Virus record (IMG/VR): IMGVR_UViG_3300042446_001440
Location: 16,170 to 80,169 of that record
Source of the DNA: a virus
Reading direction: 5' to 3' (one strand)
DNA length: 64,000 bases
The notes under the pieces were generated by a model, which was not told the origin of the DNA, made no database searches, and saw only the letters and a program-made list of their open reading frames with translations. The position numbers and the translations under genes are program-made. This document shows, one piece after another, positions 56,556 through 64,000 of this stretch; within the stretch, counting starts at the first letter, position 1; each line of letters starts with the position of its first letter.

Positions 56556-59500
56556 ATGGCACTTAAAAAGCAATTAAAAGAGGTCAAAGCAAAAATATTA
56601 TATTGGCAACAATACCCAGCTACCAATTGGTTAGGTAAAATATACCAACACCACCAAATAGGGAAGTATGAATATGAGAAGGAACATATTGAGCAATTAT
56701 TAAAAGATAAAAAAAGTTATGAAAAAGAAAAACCAAACAATGATAAATGAAGTTATTGATAATTTTAATTGGCATAAAGTGTCAGTGGTGATGGAAGAAT
56801 TAAATTGGAAATGGGCTGGTTTAGATGAAGGTGGAAGTATACCTACTAAATTAGATTTAAAAGTAGCAGCACAAGAGAGACTTGAATCTGCTATTAGGCA
56901 AGCATTAAATCCAAAAAATACAGAAGATAAAGACATTGGATGGATTAGTGCTAGTGGTGGATTAAAAGCAACAGCTTGGAGAACAAAAACCTATAAATTA
57001 GCTCAAATTAGATTAGAATTCGTCATTGAAGAATGGGATGCTACAAAATAAAATTATATGAAAGTAAAAACACTAAGAAATTATTTAATAGGATTACCAG
57101 AAGAGTTCGACGAATTCTTTGTGAAAATGACAAAGCACGAATTTCCAAAAAATGATTCACTAAAGAGATCTGTAGAGAATATTCACGGTACCATAGCAAG
57201 ATTAGAAACAAAAGAAGTATTCCTATTGGATGAAGCAGGGTCGGACTTTTTTAATAGTGTAAGTAATGACGACTACCAAAATAAAATTATATGAAAGCAA
57301 TATTAGAATTCAACCTACCTGAAGATAAACAGGACTTTACAGTAGCAACAAATGGACTTAATTTTTGGCATGTGTTATATGACTTAGATCAATCGTTAAG
57401 ATCTAAGACCAAATATGCTCCTGATGACCTACCTCAAGATAAGTATGATGCATACGAGGAGATTAGGGACGAGCTTCATGAGCTTCTGTCAAATCATAAT
57501 GTCAATCTTGATATGGTTAGTTAAAATTAAATAATATGGAAAAATATAAAAGTGACTACAAGAAACCAAAGTGGACGTTTAACTTCTATAAGAACTATAG
57601 ATTTGTATTGATTCCTGAAAAGCGGATAGTAAAAAAAGTATTGTGGAAAGATAAATTCGATTCACCACGATGCGAAGTACCACCATATATTAGAATTGAG
57701 TGGTTGTGGTTTGGATTTTATGCTGAGCAAGGAAATGATGAGCAGTGGGAACAGTGGTTATGGGTTCATATATACCATGATGGTAATGTAGATAGAGCAA
57801 AGAAAGAATGGGAATGGATTGATGGAATAACTAAAAAGTCTACTTGGGACGACACATTTGGAAAATGATTAAAATAATATACTTAATATTTCAGCTAGCA
57901 GTAGCATCATCCATACCTTTATTATTATTATGGGTAGCAATTAAAATATCTGACAAAACAAATAAGTCATGAAAACAGCAATGGAACTAGCACTAGCTAG
58001 AATAGAGTTAATGAAGGATATAAGTCCAGATAGTATACATTGGAAAATGTTTAAAGATAATTATATTCAACAAGAAGAGCAACAGATTCAAAATGCTTAT
58101 TGGGTAGCATATAAAGAAGGTCAGTATAGTGGTGATAGAACAGCAGAAGAATATTATAAAGAAACGTTTAAAGATAATATATGAATTACATTTACTACGC
58201 ATGCTATGCATCAGATAAAGGTTCAATAGCAGCATCAAACACACTTGAAGGACTATTTGAAATAGTAGATGACCATATGGGAGCTACTGATCAATATGGA
58301 CACTCAGGAATAAGAACTAAATACGAACCTCATTATAGTAAGTACCCTTCATCAAACGAACTAGAAGGAATTATAACCTATCAAACACCAGATGAAGAAA
58401 GGGTGAGTGTTTATATAGTTGACTTTAATCAAAAATAATATGACACCCAAAAAAATAGCAGAAAAATTATATTGTAAGTATATAGATGCAATGCCACACC
58501 CAGAACATTCAAATATAGCAACTTATGTTATTGCAAAAAGATGTTCTTTAATTGCAATAGATGAGGTATTAAAATTTTCAAAAGCACATGGGTTTATTGG
58601 ATTAACAGAAGAATATAAACAAGTTAAAAAAGAAATAGAAAAATTATGAAACCAATACACAAATTTAATGGAGGCAACGGAGCTACATTATGCCACAGAT
58701 GTAATAGAATAATTTCTATAGGACTAACTGATGATCTATATTGTATAGAACATGGTGGAATGAAAAGAGGATATAAGTACTATATAACACGTCACGATGG
58801 ATTAAGTAAAAGTGGTAATGATATAAAATGGGTTGAATGGAATGAAGATAGCTCATTTAAAGATAAATTTGATACTATAGCCGTTGGTCGTAGTATGGTA
58901 TTAGATTTCAGTATGGGTAATTTCAAATGGATGACAACTCAAGTAACAGAGGTTTTGGAAAGCACAGCAACTTATATTAAATTTAAAACGAAAAATAGCG
59001 AATACGAACTTTATATTATAGAACATGACAGCAAAACAACTAATTGAGACACTACAACAAATTGATCCCGAAACAAGAATATTTGTTGCAGGATATGAAG
59101 GTGGGTATGATGATCTTGTTACTGTGTCTGAAATTAAAGATATAGCATTAGATGTTCATGCTGAGTGGTATTATGGTGATCATGAAGATGCCGACCATTC
59201 ATATTATAAAGTAGAAGGTAAAACAATAGTTAAAGGTATAGTATTATGAGTTATTCAAGATGGAGTACATCCGTTTGGTATACATTTTGGGCAGCAACAA
59301 CTGATCTAAGCTACAAATGGCCTACTAATGAATTAAAACGTTCTCAAGTATTTGAGATATGTGATATGCCATCATTTCGACTTACATATGGTGAATTACA
59401 AGATAAGGGAATGACTAGTATTTTAGAAGAGATAAATACATTTTACAATAAAGACCATTCAGGTAATATATTTGCTGGATTTGTAGATGGAGTATCTACT

Positions 59501-60302
59501 TACGAGCCTATGAACTACGTAGCTAAAGAACCAAATATATTAGAAATGTTAGAACTAACAGAATATATAAGAAGATGGGAGGCAGATGTGGATGATCACT
59601 TTAAATTCATTAACTTTATAAAGTATGAATGGTATTATCCACTCAAAAATAAATGTTATGAAAAAAGTAAAGCAAAAAGACGTTAAACGAGAATGGTTTA
59701 TTGTAATGAATTCTGATTTAGAATATTTTGCTGGATTAATGTATGGTGGAGAGATAGTTTGGTGTAGTGATTACAAAGAAGCAAAACCACTAGATGACGA
59801 ACGCAAATTCGTAACATTAAAGAATATGTGTTTTGGCAATGAACTAATCTTAGATTACATTTAAATAATAAGTTATGACTCCAGTTTACCCAAAGGAAAA
59901 TCTTGAATATAGAGAAAGAGTATTAGAGCGCTTTCGTAAATTAGTTAAAGATACAAGATGGGATACTTGTGAAGATAAAATATCACCACGTGGACGTAAA
60001 CCAAAAAAATTCGTTCGCATTGAAACTAAACCTCGATCATCAGAAAAATATAATTGGTTATGACAACACAACTTAGTTTATTCCCCGAAATGGAATCTAA
60101 TTCTAATAAGTACACATCAGTAAATGATACGTACTTTGGATTTGAATTGTTTGAAGAAATATTAGCGGCTATTAATGAACGAAACAGCGTTACAGAAGAT
60201 AACATGTTTAGAGCAGGCGTTGGTTCTGCTGATGCAGCTGTTAGACGAATTAGAGAAGAATATTACCACGCAATTTTAATATCGGCAAATGGAGGATTAT
60301 AA
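56556..60302 (+). other. Array of ~15 short, tightly packed or overlapping hypothetical ORFs (variable early region)
   Basis: 60-150 aa ORFs with ATGA-type overlaps and A-rich GTTATG/TAATATG starts; no recognisable motifs. Confidence 0.65.
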
Positions 60303-60397
60303 TAACGATAAATTAACTAATATCCTTATTTTAATAATTGGTATTGGTTTGATTATAGCGTCTTTGTACAGTGTATTGACGTAATATATTTATAGGT

Positions 60398-61030
60398 ATG
60401 AAATACCTACTACCACTGTTATTGTTGTTTTGCATCAATACTTACGCTCAAGATACTATTACATTAGTACATAAGTCATATAGAACTACATTCAGTAAAT
60501 CAAAACATTATCCAGTTAAGGTAGAGTGGTGGTTAACTAGAGCAATGTTAAGTTGCCCTGTTAAAATAAAACGTACAGATAGATTCGTAGCTGATCCTCA
60601 GCTACCAAATGAAACAAATATACAAAAAGATTATGATGGTAATGGATTGGATCGTGGGCATAACTTTAATGCTGCTGATGGTGCCTGTGATCAGACGTCG
60701 ATGGTAGAGTCATTTTATTTTTCAAATATGACGGCTCAATATCCTTCATTGAATAGGGGTGATTGGAAAGCATTAGAATCAATGACACGTGAATATGCAC
60801 TTAAAGATGATTCAATTCATGTGTGGTGTGGCTCAATAGGTGTAGCTAAGAAGATTGGAACAACATCAGTACCAACTGAATGTTGGAAAGTATTATACTT
60901 TGTTAAAACTAAAGAATGGATGGCATTTTTATTCTCAAATACACCTACTAAACCAACAGGTATCCATTCACACGAGGTAACAGTTGAAATAATAGAGAAA
61001 CTAACAGGCTTTAAGTTTAAGGCAAAATAA
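60398..61030 (+). CDS. Secreted DNA/RNA non-specific endonuclease (NucA/Serratia-type)
   Basis: Signal peptide; LDRGH, SFYFSNMTAQ..LNRGDW..LE and VPTECWK. Confidence 0.9.
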   Translation: MKYLLPLLLLFCINTYAQDTITLVHKSYRTTFSKSKHYPVKVEWWLTRAMLSCPVKIKRTDRFVADPQLPNETNIQKDYDGNGLDRGHNFNAADGACDQTSMVESFYFSNMTAQYPSLNRGDWKALESMTREYALKDDSIHVWCGSIGVAKKIGTTSVPTECWKVLYFVKTKEWMAFLFSNTPTKPTGIHSHEVTVEIIEKLTGFKFKAK

Positions 61031-61069
61031 AAGTCATACATTTACTACGAACCAAAAAATAAATAAAAT

Positions 61070-61255
61070 ATGGCTATTCAAACGAAAGATCAAGCGCAAG
61101 GAAAAGTAGACAAAAAGTTAGATAGAGTTTTAAATAAGCCAAAAAAGTATGTCCCATTGATGGAACGTAACTTCAACGACTTAACTACATTAGCAGAACA
61201 ATTTGAGTGGTTAAAGCGTAAGCAACGAATAAAAGATAGAAACGCGGCACAATAA
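61070..61255 (+). CDS. Hypothetical protein
   Basis: 61-aa ORF after a promoter motif. Confidence 0.5.
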   Translation: MAIQTKDQAQGKVDKKLDRVLNKPKKYVPLMERNFNDLTTLAEQFEWLKRKQRIKDRNAAQ

Positions 61256-61285
61256 TATTCGTACATTCATCTAAATTAAAAACGT

Positions 61286-61480
61286 ATGACAAATAATATT
61301 GAATTAGATATGAAATGTCTTCAAATAGAAGATTTAGTTAGAGGAATGGTAATGTGTGGTTGCGATGATCTTGAAAAGTTAGTAGCTGCTGTCGATACAC
61401 ATTATACACCAACTAACGAATTTGAAATGGAAATGTATAGCGAAGCTATTATATACGGCAAATTAGGTGTTTTAAACTAA
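61286..61480 (+). CDS. Hypothetical protein
   Basis: 64-aa ORF after a promoter motif. Confidence 0.5.
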   Translation: MTNNIELDMKCLQIEDLVRGMVMCGCDDLEKLVAAVDTHYTPTNEFEMEMYSEAIIYGKLGVLN

Positions 61481-61550
61481 TTTGGGAGGCAAAGTAATAC
61501 TCGTACATTCAACGTATTAAATAATTAAAAAACCAAATAAATAAGTTATG
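61481..61550 (+). promoter_or_regulatory. Early promoter plus leader (TTTG-N19-TACATTCA ... AACCAAATAAATAAGTTATG)
   Basis: Leader repeated at 62347-62400, 63481-63537 and 63717-63771. Confidence 0.7.
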
Positions 61551-62339
61551 ACAAACGAATTAAGCACAACATCAATGATGACTAGCACTAGTTACTCATT
61601 AGAGCAAATCAGAGAAATTGCTCCCTCTGTATTTACAGAAACCAAAGCAGCCCATTTAACAGACAAGTACATTCAAACCCCAACATCACGTGTTGTAGAG
61701 GATTTAATGGCACTAGGATGGGAAGTAACTAAAGCGCAAGAAGTTAAAGCGCGTAAAGGTAAAGGATTCCAAAAACACCTTGTTGTATTCCGTAACCCGG
61801 ATATTATGATTAAGGGTAAAGGGGGTGATGATGCATTTCCACAAATCCTATTAACAAATAGTCATGATGGTAAAGCAGCATTTAATTTCAGAGTAGGTAT
61901 TTTCAGATTAGTATGTAGTAATGGATTAGTAATTAGCGATGCTGATTTTAGTAATGTATCTATTCGTCATATGAATTATACATTCGAAACACTACAAACC
62001 AAAATTGGAGAAGTAATTGCTAAGTTACCTGGTTTAGTTGCTAAGATTAATTTATTCAAATCAACTCAGCTAAGTGAAACAGCAATGATTGAATTTGCTA
62101 CTAAAGCAATAGCATTGAGAAATAAAGAAACGGTTAATATAATGGAAGTGTTACGAGCTGATAGGGATGCTGATATGGGAGATGATTTATGGTCAGTATT
62201 TAATCGTGTTCAAGAGAAGATTATTAACGGTGGTTATGGTTACGGACGTAAGAGTCGTAAGGCAAGATCAATTAAGAACTTCCAACAAGATATTAAGTTA
62301 AATGAAGAACTATTTGAATTAGCTGATACTTACCTATAA
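61548..62339 (+). CDS. DUF932-family protein
   Basis: APSVF, KHLVVFR, LTNSHDG, GIFRLVCSNG and LWSVFNRVQE. Confidence 0.85.
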   Translation: MTNELSTTSMMTSTSYSLEQIREIAPSVFTETKAAHLTDKYIQTPTSRVVEDLMALGWEVTKAQEVKARKGKGFQKHLVVFRNPDIMIKGKGGDDAFPQILLTNSHDGKAAFNFRVGIFRLVCSNGLVISDADFSNVSIRHMNYTFETLQTKIGEVIAKLPGLVAKINLFKSTQLSETAMIEFATKAIALRNKETVNIMEVLRADRDADMGDDLWSVFNRVQEKIINGGYGYGRKSRKARSIKNFQQDIKLNEELFELADTYL

Positions 62340-62346
62340 GTAAAAT

Positions 62347-62400
62347 GGGGGAGGCAAAACCTCCCCCTTACATTCACGTTAACCAAATAAATAAGTTATG
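62347..62400 (+). promoter_or_regulatory. Hairpin/promoter/leader module
   Basis: GGGGGAGG-CAAAA-CCTCCCCC, then TACATTCA and GTTAACCAAATAAATAAGTTATG. Confidence 0.65.
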
Positions 62401-62934
62401 ATAAAAACGTTAGTAATTCACCCTAAGGATTCAAGTACAGATTTCCTAAAACCAATATATCAACATCTTACTGACGCAACGATCCTTACAGGAGGTAAAA
62501 CTAAAGATGAAGTAAGAGAATTAATTGAACAACACGATAAAATAATTATGTTAGGACATGGTTCACCAAGTGGTTTATTTAGTTGTGGTCAATTTGGAAT
62601 GGACGGAATGATTATCGATCGAAGTATGGTTGCAGCGTTAGGTAATAAGAAAAATAACATATACATTTGGTGTAATGCAGATCGATTTGTTAATATGTAT
62701 TACTTAAAAGGATTTTATACAGGTATGTTTATATCTGAATATAGCGAAGCATCATATTGTGGAGTATCATCATTCAAGGGTGAAGTAGAACAATCAAATG
62801 CTTTATTTGCAGATATAGTAGGCCAATCTATATTAATGGAAGCTAAAAATATACAAGCTAACACAAAGCTGTTGTATCACATTAAGAATAGTGGAGTCAA
62901 CAAATACAATAATGATAGATTATATTATAGATAA
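62398..62934 (+). CDS. Hypothetical protein, possible caspase/gingipain-fold (clan CD) peptidase
   Basis: IIMLGHGS and IYIWCNA resemble a His-Cys dyad. Confidence 0.4.
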   Translation: MIKTLVIHPKDSSTDFLKPIYQHLTDATILTGGKTKDEVRELIEQHDKIIMLGHGSPSGLFSCGQFGMDGMIIDRSMVAALGNKKNNIYIWCNADRFVNMYYLKGFYTGMFISEYSEASYCGVSSFKGEVEQSNALFADIVGQSILMEAKNIQANTKLLYHIKNSGVNKYNNDRLYYR

Positions 62935-62947
62935 GTAAAAAATAAAT

Positions 62948-63253
62948 ATGGCCCCTAAGAAAAAAGAAAATGATATTTTTATGGGAGATGGACAACATCT
63001 AAACATCCAATCCTCTCAACATCTTCAAACATTTAATTCATTAAAATTGTTTACAGTTGAAGATGGTGCTATTGAACTAAATATAGAGATAAAAGCTGAT
63101 TTTAGTAAGATACCCTCTAAATATCAAGAGGTATTTTTGAATATGTTTTCATCAAAGTATGTAGGTACAGTATCATTTGGTGACAATCCATTTAGCGCTT
63201 GTCAACCACTTAAAAAACGCAGATGGTATCAGTTTTGGCGTTCTATAAAATAG
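62948..63253 (+). CDS. Hypothetical protein
   Basis: 101-aa ORF ending RRWYQFW. Confidence 0.5.
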   Translation: MAPKKKENDIFMGDGQHLNIQSSQHLQTFNSLKLFTVEDGAIELNIEIKADFSKIPSKYQEVFLNMFSSKYVGTVSFGDNPFSACQPLKKRRWYQFWRSIK

Positions 63254-63534
63254 TATAATATTTATAAAAAATAAAAATAAATGGCATCAGCACAAGTAGA
63301 AATGAAAGTAATTAGTGTGTTATTAGATGAAGCGATGGATAGTGGATTGGAAGTAGAAGTAATATATTCAGCTCTTAAAGTAATGAGAGAAGACGACGCA
63401 ATCACCCCAGCACAAGCATTTCAATACGCAATGGACGAGTGGGTTAAGTAAATACATAAGCACTCATCATACAAACACTAAAGTGGCTAGGCAAAATTGC
63501 TTAGCTACCTTTATGTTAACCAAATAAATAAGTT

Positions 63535-63723
63535 ATGAGTGTAAAATTAATGCAAACCGAAACAACATTTCATGTTGAGTATAATGGAGAAGAATATTCC
63601 ATTACCATATTAGAAGATGGTGTTATAGGTTATACGAACTATGACGTGTTTGATGACCAAGGTCAATTAGTAGATGAAGATTTAGAAGCAATACTTATTG
63701 CTTATTTAGAAGAGCATTTGTAA
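63535..63723 (+). CDS. Hypothetical acidic protein
   Basis: 62-aa ORF after the repeated leader. Confidence 0.55.
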   Translation: MSVKLMQTETTFHVEYNGEEYSITILEDGVIGYTNYDVFDDQGQLVDEDLEAILIAYLEEHL

Positions 63724-63768
63724 GGCAAAGTAATGATTGTACATTCACGTTAACCAAATAAATAAGTT

Positions 63769-64000
63769 ATGAACCAAGAAAAAAAACGCGGCCGCCCGGC
63801 AAAAGTAAAGAACGTTACCTACGTTCCATCATTAATTGATTTTTCAAACATTACACCCTTAAACAAATTAGATATTGATTCTAAAATGTTAGAAGTAATG
63901 AAAAGTGGTTTACCTATAGATGAATTATTATCTGAAGAAGGTGGTTTACCTTGTGCATCAAATTATATGATGATAGGCGATCCTGGAGTAGGTAAAACAA
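63769..64000 (+). CDS. RecA-superfamily (RadA/Sms-like) ATPase with AT-hook-like N-terminus; 3'-truncated
   Basis: MNQEKKRGRPAK...SGLPIDELLSEEGGLP...IGDPGVGKT. Confidence 0.7.
   Translation, partial: MNQEKKRGRPAKVKNVTYVPSLIDFSNITPLNKLDIDSKMLEVMKSGLPIDELLSEEGGLPCASNYMMIGDPGVGKT

Noticed and set aside
4353-61041. Minus-strand ORFs in the track (e.g. 8398..8886, 28293..28871, 53346..53879)
   Set aside because: They are antisense shadows of well-supported plus-strand genes, with no motifs or start context.
1-64000. Stop-codon reassignment
   Set aside because: Conserved genes are full length in the standard code and end in TAA, TAG or TGA; no suppressor tRNA is seen.

Overview
AT-rich, almost entirely plus-strand, gene-dense 64-kb segment of a large tailed phage genome read in the standard genetic code (TAA, TAG and TGA all used as stops). 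The inferred host is a Bacteroidota bacterium: promoters are TTTG-N19/20-TAnnTTYA, starts are A-rich and lack Shine-Dalgarno sites, and a DUF4494-like gene and lipoproteins with D-S-T sequons are present. In order, the window holds: (1) the end of a virion protein with a VanY/M15 peptidase domain; (2) a T4-like replication/recombination block (PolA-like, gp32-like SSB, RecA/UvsX, 5'-3' exonuclease, DnaB-like helicase), then thioredoxin and nrdB/nrdA with two free-standing homing endonucleases; (3) a 7-deazaguanine DNA-modification cluster (queD, dpdA-like, queC, queE, folE) with a phosphoribosyltransferase and dCTP deaminase/dUTPase; (4) two fibre/mucin-like genes, PolB, clamp, GroES/GroEL, clamp loaders and a PD-(D/E)XK nuclease; (5) an 11-kb glycosyltransferase/methyltransferase island; (6) ClpP and two UVR-motif paralogues; (7) an RNA array of four normal tRNAs, two aberrant tRNA-like RNAs, four structured spacer RNAs and a long tmRNA; (8) a secreted/outer-membrane module (CsgG-like, cohesin/dockerin-like, lipoprotein, probable beta-barrel); (9) a variable early region of small ORFs. 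The most striking unexplained patterns are small-ORF cassettes delimited by copies of the queE 3' end, similar junction duplications elsewhere, the tRNA/ncRNA alternation, a possible phage proteostasis circuit, and the envelope module. All family calls come from motif recognition by eye; no database search was run.
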